DNA from: Bacteroidales bacterium
GTDB lineage: Bacteria; Bacteroidota; Bacteroidia; Bacteroidales; JAQUTK01
Assembly: GCA_028709785.1 (NCBI GenBank)
Contig: JAQUTK010000001.1
Coordinates: 147,845-211,844 of the forward strand
Reading direction: 5' to 3'
Length of the DNA stretch: 64,000 nucleotides
Shown: piece by piece, positions 24,616 to 34,557 of the stretch
Position numbering within the stretch: the first letter of the stretch is position 1
Layout: every line of letters starts with the position of its first letter
Position numbers and translations under genes: made by a program
The notes under the pieces: generated by a model
The model's input: the letters and a program-made list of their open reading frames with translations, nothing else
Told to the model about the DNA's origin: nothing
The model's database searches: none

Positions 24616-25902
24616 TTATTTCTTTTCAGCGGGGAATAGCAACATCAGTGCAGGGATACCTGAAGCAGAGTAACTTTCTATCTTCGCACCTTCATTCCAT
24701 TTCTTAGCATAATCGCCCCCCGTCAGATTACGGCTCTCATCCCGATTCATCCAGCCGTACCTGATCGTGCGTTGGATAAATGGAATATACTGTGTCTGTC
24801 CACAGTCGTACACCAGCATCGCCATATATTGGGCAAAGATAGTGGTATAGATACCCTGTTCGATACCCTTTTTGAAAGGTAACAGGCCCAGTGGTGCAGA
24901 AAGCACATTCACTGTATGGTCAGCTGCTAAAATGGCATTCTTCAAATAGTCTTGCTCACCTGTCGCTTTATAAAGCAAGACAGAAGCCCCGATAAAAGTC
25001 GCTTGGTTATATACAAGGCACTGTTCCCATGCCGGTCTGCCCGTGCCATGGCGACCATCAGCAATAACTCCTGTTTTGGAGTCGAACAGATTGTTTATTC
25101 CCCATTGGTACACCTCTTTCGCCTTTTCCAGATATTGTTCTTTAGTCTGATATTCCGGACGGAGCGAACCCGTAATTTCTTTTCTCCCTTTGGGCACATT
25201 GTTATACAGCGTCATAGCAGCCACTACTACCGGAAAGTTGATACAGGCACTTTGGTAATGTCCGGTGTTGTCACCCGGATTCTTCTGATCCCAATCCCAG
25301 TACATTCCACCTGTCTGAGGATCATAAGAGCCATGATCACCAATACCTCCCAACTCTTTGGGAGAGCCGTACCATACACGGGCAAAACTTCTTTCAGATG
25401 CTTCCAGATAACTCTTGTCGCCAAAAGTTTCATAAGCCCGTGCCAAAGTGATGGTCCACCACATGATATCGTCATAGATAAACCAACCTCTCGGAATATT
25501 CTGGTCGTCGAAGTTAAAATCTACATAGTGTGCCTTGTTTCCTGCAATCAGATCTTTTGAAAGCTTCTCATATTTTTTCCGAAACTTTTTGTTCCCCTCT
25601 TTTTGAGCACGTCTATACGCATTCATTGCCATATCCACATACATCGGTTGGCACCAGATGGCAGCTGCTCCTTTTTCACGTTCAACGGCAGCTTTGTCTG
25701 TCGTAAATTCTTTATAGATGTTTTTTTGCGGATCAAGTAAATACGTGTTGAATGCTTCGTAAGCTACCCAAGAATCCTCATTCCTGTAAACAGGAACTTG
25801 CGATTCTTCGGGCATATTTACCTTACAGTTGTCGTTGTGTTGTGCTGATACACTCAGAGAAGTGGCTAGCCATATTGTAGACAGAAAAAGTTTGTTCATC
25901 AT
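24616..25902 (-). CDS. secreted glycoside hydrolase, GH76-like (alpha-1,6-mannanase family)
   Basis: Signal peptide MMNKLFLSTIWLATSLSVSA. WFIYDDIMWWTITLARAYE (the DD catalytic pair context seen in GH76), GGMYWDW, and YNQATFIGASVLLYKATGEQDYL typical of the (alpha/alpha)6 GH76 fold. Family assignment is from memory only. Confidence 0.55.
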   Translation of the reverse strand: MMNKLFLSTIWLATSLSVSAQHNDNCKVNMPEESQVPVYRNEDSWVAYEAFNTYLLDPQKNIYKEFTTDKAAVEREKGAAAIWCQPMYVDMAMNAYRRAQKEGNKKFRKKYEKLSKDLIAGNKAHYVDFNFDDQNIPRGWFIYDDIMWWTITLARAYETFGDKSYLEASERSFARVWYGSPKELGGIGDHGSYDPQTGGMYWDWDQKNPGDNTGHYQSACINFPVVVAAMTLYNNVPKGRKEITGSLRPEYQTKEQYLEKAKEVYQWGINNLFDSKTGVIADGRHGTGRPAWEQCLVYNQATFIGASVLLYKATGEQDYLKNAILAADHTVNVLSAPLGLLPFKKGIEQGIYTTIFAQYMAMLVYDCGQTQYIPFIQRTIRYGWMNRDESRNLTGGDYAKKWNEGAKIESYSASGIPALMLLFPAEKK

Positions 25903-25921
25903 TTCTCACTCTTCTTGCTTG

Positions 25922-27460
25922 TTACTTCGCAAAGCTTATCGCACGCGTCTCCCGAATCACAGTAATCTTCACCTGACCCGGATACGTCATCTCATCCTGG
26001 ATCTTTTTTGCGATCTCAGAAGAAAGTTTTTCAGTCTCCTGATCATCAATCTTATCCGCACCCACAATCACACGGAGTTCGCGACCCGCCTGGATAGCAT
26101 ACGTCTTTAATACTCCCGGATAGGAGAGAGCCAACTGCTCCAGATCATTCAGACGTTTGATATAGGCCTCTACTATTTCGCGGCGTGCACCCGGACGAGC
26201 ACCCGATATCGCATCACACACCTGTACCAGCGGAGCAATCAGCGAAGACATCTCCACCTCATCGTGGTGAGCACCAATGGCGTTGCATATTTCCGGTTTC
26301 TCTTTATATTTCTCGGCCAGTTTCATACCCAACAGTGCATGTGGCAATTCCGGTTCATCATCCGGCACTTTACCTATATCGTGCAGTAATCCCGCTCTCC
26401 GCGCTTTCTTCGGATTCAGACCCAGTTCGGCAGCCATGATACCACACAAGTTAGCCGTTTCACGCGAGTGTTGCAGCAAGTTCTGACCATACGACGAACG
26501 ATATTTCATTTTACCGATCAGACGCACCAGTTCCGGATGCAGTCCATGCACACCCATATCAATAGTCGTCCGTTTACCGGTTTCGGCAATTTCATCTTCA
26601 ATCTGTTTGCGCACTTTCGTCACCACCTCCTCGATACGTGCCGGGTGGATTCGACCGTCAGTCACCAACTGATGCAACGCCAGACGGGCAATTTCGCGGC
26701 GCACCGGGTCAAAGGCAGAGAGCACAATAGCTTCAGGCGTATCATCCACGATGATCTCCACACCCGTAGCAGCTTCCAATGCACGAATGTTACGTCCCTC
26801 ACGGCCAATGATTCTTCCTTTGATTTCATCCGAATCAATATGAAATACCGTCACTGAGTTTTCAATTGCAGTTTCTGTAGCCACCCGTTGTATGGATTGC
26901 ACCACGATTCGTTTGGCTTCCTTGTTTGCATTCAGTTTCGCTTCTTCCATGATCTCGGTGATCAATGAAGAGGCAGCTGATTTCGCTTCATCCTTCAAGG
27001 ACTCTACGAGACGGTCTTTGGCTTCTTCCGCTGAAATACCGGAAATTGCTTCCAGTCGTTCAATCTCTTGTTGGTGAATTTTCTCAAGATCGTGTTTCTT
27101 CTTCTCAACAAGATCAATTTGGTTTTCCAGATTCTCTTTTGTAGCTTCAACTTCCTGTTTGCGGCGAGCTATTTCCTCTTGCTTCTGGTTCAACTGAATT
27201 TCACGCTGTTTCAGCTTGTTTTCTATCTGTTGAATTTTCGCGTTACGGGCATTGATTTGTTTTTCAAGCTCCGCTTTCATGTTAATAAACTTCTCCTTAA
27301 TCTCGAGGAGTTTATTCTTTTTTATCACTTCGGCTTCAGCTTCAGCCTCCCGTATAATTGCTGCAAACTTTGTTTTAGTTTGTTTTTGTATCAGATACCA
27401 GCTTCCACTCCCGCCAAGGATCAGAGCTACAATACTGATAACAATGATTTCTATAATCAT
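25922..27460 (-). CDS. rny: ribonuclease Y
   Basis: 512 aa with an N-terminal TM helix, a long coiled coil, a KH domain ([15 protein letters not shown]) and an HD domain ([17 protein letters not shown]...LLHDIGK). Confidence 0.9.
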   Translation of the reverse strand: MIIEIIVISIVALILGGSGSWYLIQKQTKTKFAAIIREAEAEAEVIKKNKLLEIKEKFINMKAELEKQINARNAKIQQIENKLKQREIQLNQKQEEIARRKQEVEATKENLENQIDLVEKKKHDLEKIHQQEIERLEAISGISAEEAKDRLVESLKDEAKSAASSLITEIMEEAKLNANKEAKRIVVQSIQRVATETAIENSVTVFHIDSDEIKGRIIGREGRNIRALEAATGVEIIVDDTPEAIVLSAFDPVRREIARLALHQLVTDGRIHPARIEEVVTKVRKQIEDEIAETGKRTTIDMGVHGLHPELVRLIGKMKYRSSYGQNLLQHSRETANLCGIMAAELGLNPKKARRAGLLHDIGKVPDDEPELPHALLGMKLAEKYKEKPEICNAIGAHHDEVEMSSLIAPLVQVCDAISGARPGARREIVEAYIKRLNDLEQLALSYPGVLKTYAIQAGRELRVIVGADKIDDQETEKLSSEIAKKIQDEMTYPGQVKITVIRETRAISFAK

Positions 27461-27563
27461 ATTCTACAACATTAAAAAATTAATATACTAAAAAGCACCA
27501 CCTTAAGAACGGCTCTCCCATTCTCAAAGTAGTGCGGCATTTCTTTTCAATAAACAATAACGG

Positions 27564-27863
27564 TCAGATTCCGAGGTATTTCTTCAGTTCCAGATTAAGT
27601 TCTTTTATCTTATCTGCCATGGGCTCCATATCCTTCTCGCTATCCATCTTACAGAAGTTTACAGCCAGATCAAGCGCAATCATGGACAAATATTTGTCCC
27701 GTTCATCTTTGTCGACCTTGTATCTGTTTCCGTACAGATTCAGCTTATCTTCAATCATTTTGGCTGCTTTGCGTACTACCTCTTCCTCATCACGTCTGAT
27801 ATTGAGGCGATACGTACGATCCGCAATCAAAACCGTTATTGCTAACATCTCTTCATTATCCAT
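27564..27863 (-). CDS. zapA: cell division protein ZapA
   Basis: 99 aa. ITVLIADRTYRLNIRRDEEEVVRKAAKMIEDKL matches the ZapA fold pattern. It has conserved placement upstream of rny. Confidence 0.75.
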   Translation of the reverse strand: MDNEEMLAITVLIADRTYRLNIRRDEEEVVRKAAKMIEDKLNLYGNRYKVDKDERDKYLSMIALDLAVNFCKMDSEKDMEPMADKIKELNLELKKYLGI

Positions 27864-27866
27864 ATC

Positions 27867-28160
27867 CTATTCGTTTAATAAAGCGATGCATTTATCAATT
27901 TCCCGCACTAATTTGTTTACCCTTAGTTTGGCCGTGGTCACATCACTTTTTGTCGCCGTGATATATCCAGCCAACTTCAGGCGGTCATATTTGGCTGTTA
28001 AGACACGAAGGGCGTCGTTTGTGTCCGACACATTTGCTTTTTCCTTCTCAAGAGCCTGTGACAAGCTTTCATTTTCCGCTTTCAGTTTATCACATAAAAG
28101 CATCAGTTGTTTAAGCCTGGCATCGAAATCACTTAGTAACTTCTTATACTCTTCGGTCAT
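27867..28160 (-). CDS. small coiled-coil protein (ZapB-like partner of zapA), function unproven
   Basis: The preferred start is ATG 28160 (MTEEYKKLLSDFDARLKQL...). Heptad-rich sequence whose stop lies 3 nt before the zapA start. Confidence 0.5.
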   Translation of the reverse strand: MTEEYKKLLSDFDARLKQLMLLCDKLKAENESLSQALEKEKANVSDTNDALRVLTAKYDRLKLAGYITATKSDVTTAKLRVNKLVREIDKCIALLNE

Positions 28161-28363
28161 ATCAATCAAAATTTCTACACAAAAATAGAGAAAACCTTTA
28201 GACAATGAAATATATTCGGTTTTTTTTTATTGTTTTTATCTGTTTTTCCCTCAAAACAGACCTTTGTCTCGTTGCCTGACCCGCTATAATCTCAAATAAC
28301 TCTAAATAATCAACTATGCTTTTAAAATAACCGGGCTGAAAAGCTCTCTCAAAAAAATTAGTA

Positions 28364-28371
28364 TAACTTTG
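28364..28371 (+). promoter_or_regulatory. -7 promoter box TAACTTTG upstream of the deaminase gene
   Basis: TAnnTTTG match 28 nt upstream of ATG 28399. Confidence 0.45.
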
Positions 28372-28398
28372 TGGCAAATTCAGTAAACAGAAAGAAGA

Positions 28399-29670
28399 AT
28401 GGGCAGCTTACTTATCAAGAACGTTTTTCACAATGGAGAAACCACCGACGTATTTATCAAAAACAAAATTTTTTACCGTATAGAGCCGGGTTTGGATGTT
28501 TCCCTTGCCGATAAAGTGATTGATGGAACAGACAAAGCGATCATTCCTCCGTTTTACAACGGGCATACCCATTCTCCGATGACGTTGTTGCGTGGATATG
28601 CAGATGACATCCCTCTTTTTGAATGGCTGAACAACTATATCTGGCCCATGGAAAAGGTGATGAACGCGGAAGACATCTATAACGGTTCGCGCCTGGCATT
28701 GTACGAAATGATTCGTTCCGGCACGATCTTCTTTAATGATATGTATTGGCAACCCGACGAAACGATCCGCGCCGTAGAAGAGATGGGCTTGAAGGCAGCT
28801 ATCGGCGTCACCTTCATGGATGGCCTCGGAAAGAAGAAGATCAATGAAAACTTCCACTATCTGGATGCCCATTTATCTCCCGAAACTCTGCCTGAAGGGA
28901 TCACCTTGACTGTAGCCCCTCATGCGATCTATACGGTAGGCGAAGATTTGCTCCGTCGTTGTGCCGCCTATGCAGCCGAACACAATCTGGTCTTTCATAT
29001 TCATTTATCAGAAACCAAACAGGAAGTGGACGATTGTGTGAAAGCACATGGCATGACTCCTGTGCGATGGCTCAAGCATATAGGAGCGTTAGAGTCTCAA
29101 GTAGTTGCCGCCCACGTCATTCATGTGGATGAAGAAGAACTTGAAATTCTGGCAGAAAGAGATGTGACTCTGGTGCACAATCCAGTATCAAACATGAAAC
29201 TCTGTTCGGGCGTCTTCCATTTTCAAAAAGCGCAGGAGGCTGGCTGCCGGTATATCCTGGGTACCGATGGCTGTTCGTCCAATAATAACCTCGACATGCG
29301 TGAGGAGATGAAAGTGGCCGCTTTGGTGGCGAAGTCCAGATACAAAGATGTAGAATTACTACCCGCAACCACCGTCTTTAAGATGGCAACAAAGTGGGGA
29401 GCCGAGTGTTTCGGTCTCAATTCCGGAAAGATCGCGGTCGGTAAAGCAGCCGATGCCTTGCTGCTAGACTTGAATAATGAGCGGATGATTCCTTGCTACA
29501 ACCTTATTTCCAATTGCGTCTATTCGGCCGACAACAGTGTGATCGACACGGTCATTTGCAATGGCCGTCTCCTGATGGAAAATCACAAAGTGCCCGGCGG
29601 AGCGGAAATAGTAGCCTTAGCAAAAGAATCCTCCATCAAGATGCTTGAACGACTGAAACAATTGCAATAA
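28399..29670 (+). CDS. amidohydrolase of the MTA/SAH deaminase (chlorohydrolase) family
   Basis: 423 aa with NGHTHSPMTLLRG, HLSET, GTDG..SNN and related motifs of the ATZ/TRZ-MtaD subgroup. Confidence 0.7.
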   Translation: MGSLLIKNVFHNGETTDVFIKNKIFYRIEPGLDVSLADKVIDGTDKAIIPPFYNGHTHSPMTLLRGYADDIPLFEWLNNYIWPMEKVMNAEDIYNGSRLALYEMIRSGTIFFNDMYWQPDETIRAVEEMGLKAAIGVTFMDGLGKKKINENFHYLDAHLSPETLPEGITLTVAPHAIYTVGEDLLRRCAAYAAEHNLVFHIHLSETKQEVDDCVKAHGMTPVRWLKHIGALESQVVAAHVIHVDEEELEILAERDVTLVHNPVSNMKLCSGVFHFQKAQEAGCRYILGTDGCSSNNNLDMREEMKVAALVAKSRYKDVELLPATTVFKMATKWGAECFGLNSGKIAVGKAADALLLDLNNERMIPCYNLISNCVYSADNSVIDTVICNGRLLMENHKVPGGAEIVALAKESSIKMLERLKQLQ

Positions 29671-29730
29671 CCCGATTGGGATTACTCTTTCTTTTTGGCA
29701 GCTGCCCCTTGCCGTCGGATATCCCCGTTC

Positions 29731-29753
29731 GTCATTGCGGGCTTGACCCGCAA
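29731..29753 (+). repeat. 23-nt hairpin repeat GTCATTGCGGGCTTGACCCGCAA, copy 1 (Bacteroidales REP-like element)
   Basis: Identical 23-mer to 45194-45216 in the same orientation. It has an internal inverted repeat TTGCGGG/CCCGCAA and produces the spurious ORF peptide VIAGLTR. Confidence 0.8.
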
Positions 29754-29789
29754 ACAATCCCCTCTTCCCATCAGAAGTAAGCAACTTGT

Positions 29790-29812
29790 ACCGGTTACAA
29801 TTTGTAACCGGT
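29790..29812. terminator. 23-bp perfect palindrome, probable bidirectional terminator between convergent deaminase and brxL
   Basis: ACCGGTTACAA T TTGTAACCGGT, followed on the + strand by TGATTCCCTTTTTTG. Confidence 0.55.
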
Positions 29813-29849
29813 TGATTCCCTTTTTTGTAACACTGCCCCCTTTTAGTAC

Positions 29850-31886
29850 TTATTCCAACCCCATGGATTTAAAAGCCGCATCAATCGGATCTGAATAAAT
29901 GACAAGACTGAACTTTGATATCAGATCAGTGGGCACTTTGCCCAGTTGTGAGATATCCACTGCCGGAATTAGTATTTTTTTTGCGCCACTATCAACAGCA
30001 ACCTGAAGATACTCACACAAATTGTCCGACCCAATGATAGCTCCACCGATACTCATTGAACCAAGAACGGCTAATTGAGGAAGTAACGGTCTTTCCGTAA
30101 TAGACGACACGATGGACAAGAATATAGAAAGTTCCAACCCTTTTAAGTTTCCAATACCATTCAGATCCGTCGCTTTTATGTGAAACTCAAAATCACTGAA
30201 TTTAGCACTTTGTGTCACTCGATTTAAATTAGAACGAACATAGTTGACCGCTTCCTTTACTTCTTCTTTAATCGCTGTACCTGCACCAAAGCCTGTATCA
30301 CTAAGTTTGCCATTGCCCGGCATCCTTTGAATGTCCATTCGAAACAATCCTTTTTGTCCATTGTCTGAGTTTTGCCCTATCGCATAAACGACCCCTGCAG
30401 GCAAGTCTCCTTCAGGAATTAATGCTTTGCCACCACTTTCGGGAACCCCTACAAAATGTTCCTCGTTGTCTTCCAAATCAATATAGCTGAAATGCACATC
30501 GTAAAACTCCATGCCACCTATTTTCTTCAACTGTTCTTTCACTCTTCTTCTTCCGACCAGCGCATATTCCAGGCAACGCCGGATATCTTCTTTGGTGTAG
30601 ATCCCATCCGGAAATAATAGCTTCACCAATCCGCTGACAGTTCGTTTTACAGCAATGGTGTCCCTTTGGTTGAGATCTTTCCCCAGACGAAAGTACTGAC
30701 CGATCGCATCAGAGAAGTTATACTTGCGAAGCACTCTTAAACACTCTGCATAATAATCAGAAATGAAGCCATACGAATCAGTAAAAAACTCAGGGCGCAT
30801 TTTAGGAATCTCCCACCCGGGCAGGTAATGATGAAAACGGTCAAAGAAAGCAGCATCAATCATCTCTTTTGGAAATGGAGACAAGAGATGACTCGTCTTG
30901 ACCAGATTCTCAATAGAACCATTGATATTACCCACAAAGACCATGGAAGCATCCGCGTTGATACTCTCTTTCCCACGGCTGAAAGAACCGTTTGCCATAA
31001 AACCTTTCATAATATGAATGCCATCCTTGTCTTTCATATTGATACCGGCTACTTCGTCAAACGCAACCACATCCCAGAGACCCACCAAACCAACCGTACG
31101 CCTACCCATATTATAAAACAGATTAGCCACAGTCGTTTGACCTCCCGAAATAAGAATCGAATTGGGCGATATCTCATCATACACATACGATTTACCGGTG
31201 CCCCGTGGACCCAACTCACACATGTTATAATTCTTCTCCACAAAAGGGATCATGCGTGCCATGAGATGCCATTTCGTTTTCTCATCCAGGTTGACAGGTT
31301 TCATGCCAACACTCCGTAGAGAAACATCAATCCATTCATCCAATGTAAAATCTTTGCGATGGATCAGATAATCGTCAAAATTAGTCTCAGGCATCTGAAT
31401 AGGTTTCAGTTCGACGATCTTAAAAGGAGTTTCCTTTGAACATTCATCATACAAATACTCCATTGTAACAATACACCAGATACCGCCTGCTAGCAGTTTC
31501 TCATATTTTTTGATATATGAATCAGCGATAACAACGTTTCTCAGATTCACATTGGATAGAAGCCCTTCGTACCGATCCAACTTCTCGTTGAGTGTCACCG
31601 ATATTTTATCAATGATCTTGTAATGCCCCTTTTCCTTTATCTTTGATTTTACTTTCTCCGATTCATCAGGCCTCACATAGTTCTCAGCAAGTATCTGTTT
31701 TACTTTCTGAACGCCTTCATTGATAGCCGTCTCGTCATCGGTCGCGCAATACATGCCTAAAAGATATTCCAATACATACACAGGCACATTGGCACCTTCT
31801 TTAATGTGCTTCGTTAGATCCTTTCTGACCACTTTGCCGGCAAAGGAATGATTGAGTTTACTATCGAGATTGTCCATATACATCAA
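29850..31886 (-). CDS. brxL: BREX type 1 Lon-like protease BrxL
   Basis: 678 aa. N-terminus DSKLNHSFAGKVVRKDLTKHIKEGANVPVYVLEYLLGMYCA is characteristic of BrxL. P-loop GPRGTGKS. C-terminal Lon-protease-like region. It is the terminal gene of the brx operon. Confidence 0.85.
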   Translation of the reverse strand: MMYMDNLDSKLNHSFAGKVVRKDLTKHIKEGANVPVYVLEYLLGMYCATDDETAINEGVQKVKQILAENYVRPDESEKVKSKIKEKGHYKIIDKISVTLNEKLDRYEGLLSNVNLRNVVIADSYIKKYEKLLAGGIWCIVTMEYLYDECSKETPFKIVELKPIQMPETNFDDYLIHRKDFTLDEWIDVSLRSVGMKPVNLDEKTKWHLMARMIPFVEKNYNMCELGPRGTGKSYVYDEISPNSILISGGQTTVANLFYNMGRRTVGLVGLWDVVAFDEVAGINMKDKDGIHIMKGFMANGSFSRGKESINADASMVFVGNINGSIENLVKTSHLLSPFPKEMIDAAFFDRFHHYLPGWEIPKMRPEFFTDSYGFISDYYAECLRVLRKYNFSDAIGQYFRLGKDLNQRDTIAVKRTVSGLVKLLFPDGIYTKEDIRRCLEYALVGRRRVKEQLKKIGGMEFYDVHFSYIDLEDNEEHFVGVPESGGKALIPEGDLPAGVVYAIGQNSDNGQKGLFRMDIQRMPGNGKLSDTGFGAGTAIKEEVKEAVNYVRSNLNRVTQSAKFSDFEFHIKATDLNGIGNLKGLELSIFLSIVSSITERPLLPQLAVLGSMSIGGAIIGSDNLCEYLQVAVDSGAKKILIPAVDISQLGKVPTDLISKFSLVIYSDPIDAAFKSMGLE

Positions 31887-31934
31887 ATAAGAATTAGTAC
31901 ATACAATTAAAATCAGAGAGAAGTAACCGTGTTG

Positions 31935-34445
31935 TCAAGAATCAAACTCACTACTAAAAGCGATCATCATGCGGAAGGTATAGCTTTTATAGGTTTTGTA
32001 TTGGTTTGTGCCTTCGATTTGTTCCTCCATTTTCAGATAAACATCCTGTCCGTTATGCTTTGACGCTTCCCCTTTTAAAAGAAAAGTCTGCCGTTTTTCC
32101 CTTGCTAAAGCATCGTTCTCTGAACTATTGAAGCTCAGTGTGACTACGTCCGAGATTAACTGATCAGCTTCGGTATAAAAAGCAGCTCTTAGTTGACGTG
32201 GAAGAACTTTGTCAGCGATGGGCTGTTTCTGATAAAAGCTCACCGCAAAACTATTAGAGGTTATGTTTGACGAACCACTGATAATATCAATGTCAACCTG
32301 TTCGATATTGCTTTTTCGAGCTTTGTTTACCTCCAATACCGGAACGACAATTTCCTGTAAGCTCGCTCCCCCATGCACAAAGCGGCTTCCAGCCCCCGAT
32401 ATTCTTATTCTGTTGATCGATTTAGGAATGAGCACCTCTGTGTCGTCATTCAAACCAACATCCGCACCCTTCCATTTCTTCACGGAGTCATTACCTTGCA
32501 GATTCTTACCAATCACAAAACGGCGGTTGCATTTATACACCTCACCCACAGGAGTGAAATCCGTAAAGTCGGTTTCATCCAAGCGATTTTGTTGATAGAT
32601 ATATCCATGGTCAGAGGTAATAATGATATTGTTACCGTTCATATTCGTGATATGTTTCAGGAGTCGAAGAAAATTATTCAATTCATCTTCAGTAGATTCA
32701 AACACCTTATTCTCAGAAGTCTTATCATCCCCGGTTTTGTCAATGACATTGCTGTAGATGTAGATCACATTATAGGGTTTGATAAAGTCACGCCCCTCCG
32801 TACTAGCTTTCATTTTGAGAAACTCTTCCGCTGTTATTGCTATACTTCCGGCATACTTCTTTTGCAAGATCTTCGTGCGGTTTGGCGTGCCTTGCGTGCT
32901 TACTCCATCCGCAAAGACAGTCTCCGTCTTGTCGTTGTAAGTCAATGCGCTTTGTGGAAGTAAAGAAGCCATTCCTAATTGCGTGTAGGAGGGTAGGCAG
33001 CCCAGCACAGGATGAAGGATTGCCGTATATTTATCTTCCTGCAAAATCAATTCACGTAATTCGGCCGCTGATTCGAAGCGGAAAGCATCCGATATGATAA
33101 CGAAGATACGTTTCTCACTTTTCACATAGGGTTCAATCCAATAGCTATAGAATTCGCTTTGGCTTCTCACATTGTCTATTTTCCAGGAGTTCATCTTATC
33201 GACAGCCTTTTGCCAGTTGTCGCCCAGTTTGAGCAAGAATGAGTTGCCATAGGCTTTTTCAATTTGAAGAGTCAGATCTTTGAGGATGTCGCCATGTTCG
33301 CCATGCAGACTTTTAACAATGTATTTTCGATACAAGCGGTCGATTGTATTCCACTGCTTTTCGTAATTCTCAAAGCCCGATTCCGGCGACTTGACCGTTA
33401 CGTCCACTTTGCGTATTTCATCCAACAAAAGTGAGGCATTACTCAATGCGCCATAGATATTCTCATAGCTATTGTAAAAGAACTTCACTTTCCGTTTATC
33501 GATCCATTCCTGAATGATACGATTGGCGAGCGTATTCTTTGTAATACTATCCCGAAGGCTGACAATGATTTTCTTATCAATGATAGAAAAAGCATCCGAT
33601 TCAATCAAGTTCTCCACATCTGTTTTCTGAACAGCACTTTCGATGTTTAGCTCCGACTCCAATACCCCGCTCCATTCTTTAAAAAGAGGACCGGCCTTGG
33701 AGTTTTCCTTCCACCGACTGATGAAGAGATACGCATCTTTATTTAAAAGCGGATTGCCACCGGGGATCGTCCGTTTAAAACTATCGTGTATGAGGTTAAC
33801 CAGAAGATCTTTAATGGTTGGTTTATCCGATTTATAGTTGTATTTCTTCTCAATGGTTTTCCAGAGGAAATCAGACAATTTGAACTTCTCTATCGCTTTG
33901 TATTTATCTTGTTTGCCCTTTAGTTTCTCCTCAAACAAAGCGTATAAGACCTTTTCCCATTCCGGTTCACAAGCACATATAGTGCAAAGCATTTTCAAAC
34001 GAATGATGCTTTCCCTGTCTGTTTTCTCCAATAATTCTTTCAGGGCTGAAACACGGTATTGATTTGCAAAGAACTCTTCATGCTTCTGGATCAACTCTTT
34101 ATACTCTTGCGGTAAGCCCAATTCCTGAAGATATAAAGACGAAGATTCTGTATGAAACTCGTAATTAGACACCAACAAATCCAACAGCCAGTTTTCATTA
34201 TCAGCAGGTTTTGCCGCAGGTTGATAAAGTAGAAACCGTTGTTTAGGCTGTTCGACTACTATTCTGTGTTTGAGCGTAAATTCATTGTTTTCTATTTTAA
34301 GCTTTTCAATACCGGAGATCTGAATATCCTCAAATAACCCCGTCATTTCGGCTTTATCATCGTACCAAAACACTAAGCGGTGCTGTTGGAAAATCTTTTC
34401 CAACGCAGACTGTACTTTCTCATTTATGGCAAATAGATTGGACAT
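31935..34445 (-). CDS. pglZ: BREX alkaline-phosphatase-superfamily protein PglZ
   Basis: 836 aa. N-terminal RLVFWYDDKAEM and the PglZ-domain metal site IIITSDHGY. Its position between pglX and brxL fits. Confidence 0.85.
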   Translation of the reverse strand: MSNLFAINEKVQSALEKIFQQHRLVFWYDDKAEMTGLFEDIQISGIEKLKIENNEFTLKHRIVVEQPKQRFLLYQPAAKPADNENWLLDLLVSNYEFHTESSSLYLQELGLPQEYKELIQKHEEFFANQYRVSALKELLEKTDRESIIRLKMLCTICACEPEWEKVLYALFEEKLKGKQDKYKAIEKFKLSDFLWKTIEKKYNYKSDKPTIKDLLVNLIHDSFKRTIPGGNPLLNKDAYLFISRWKENSKAGPLFKEWSGVLESELNIESAVQKTDVENLIESDAFSIIDKKIIVSLRDSITKNTLANRIIQEWIDKRKVKFFYNSYENIYGALSNASLLLDEIRKVDVTVKSPESGFENYEKQWNTIDRLYRKYIVKSLHGEHGDILKDLTLQIEKAYGNSFLLKLGDNWQKAVDKMNSWKIDNVRSQSEFYSYWIEPYVKSEKRIFVIISDAFRFESAAELRELILQEDKYTAILHPVLGCLPSYTQLGMASLLPQSALTYNDKTETVFADGVSTQGTPNRTKILQKKYAGSIAITAEEFLKMKASTEGRDFIKPYNVIYIYSNVIDKTGDDKTSENKVFESTEDELNNFLRLLKHITNMNGNNIIITSDHGYIYQQNRLDETDFTDFTPVGEVYKCNRRFVIGKNLQGNDSVKKWKGADVGLNDDTEVLIPKSINRIRISGAGSRFVHGGASLQEIVVPVLEVNKARKSNIEQVDIDIISGSSNITSNSFAVSFYQKQPIADKVLPRQLRAAFYTEADQLISDVVTLSFNSSENDALAREKRQTFLLKGEASKHNGQDVYLKMEEQIEGTNQYKTYKSYTFRMMIAFSSEFDS

Positions 34446-34520
34446 GGTAAGTTGTTTATTTTAGTATCTTGCAAAGAGATTCATTTATAATGACTTGCAT
34501 TGTAATTGTGCGTTAATTAT

Positions 34521-34556
34521 GTAACAAATATAGCAACAATTTGTTACAGTTTTTTT
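34521..34556 (+). terminator. hairpin plus T-run oriented antisense to the BREX operon, in the pglX-pglZ spacer
   Basis: GTAACAAAT (34521-34529) / ATTTGTTAC (34539-34547), followed on the + strand by AGTTTTTTT. On the coding (minus) strand the hairpin has no T-tail. Confidence 0.35.
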
Positions 34557-34557
34557 A

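Noticed and set aside
24101-24707. ORFs 24101-24349 (+), 24037-24255 (-) and 24411-24707 (+).
   Set aside because: They overlap the tmRNA gene and its flanks. The region is explained by ssrA plus terminators.
27532-28188. A 218-aa + strand ORF antisense to zapA and the coiled-coil gene. Related + strand ORFs at 26185-27491 are antisense to rny.
   Set aside because: They have Ser/Leu/Phe-rich low-complexity translations, the mirror image of Glu/Lys-rich coiled-coil genes on the other strand. No start context or motifs are present.
29695-29898. A 67-aa ORF (MAAAPCRRISPFVIAGLTRKQ...).
   Set aside because: It is an artefact of reading through the REP-like hairpin and the 23-bp palindrome in the deaminase/brxL convergent spacer. 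The VIAGLTR peptide is the usual signature of this repeat.
32373-32963. Antisense + strand ORFs inside BREX genes (32263-33097, 34615-36097, 40215-43481), considered as hidden regulators or anti-defence genes.
   Set aside because: All are embedded antisense in long, motif-supported genes, lack motifs and plausible starts, and have sizes typical of chance ORFs in AT-rich antisense frames.
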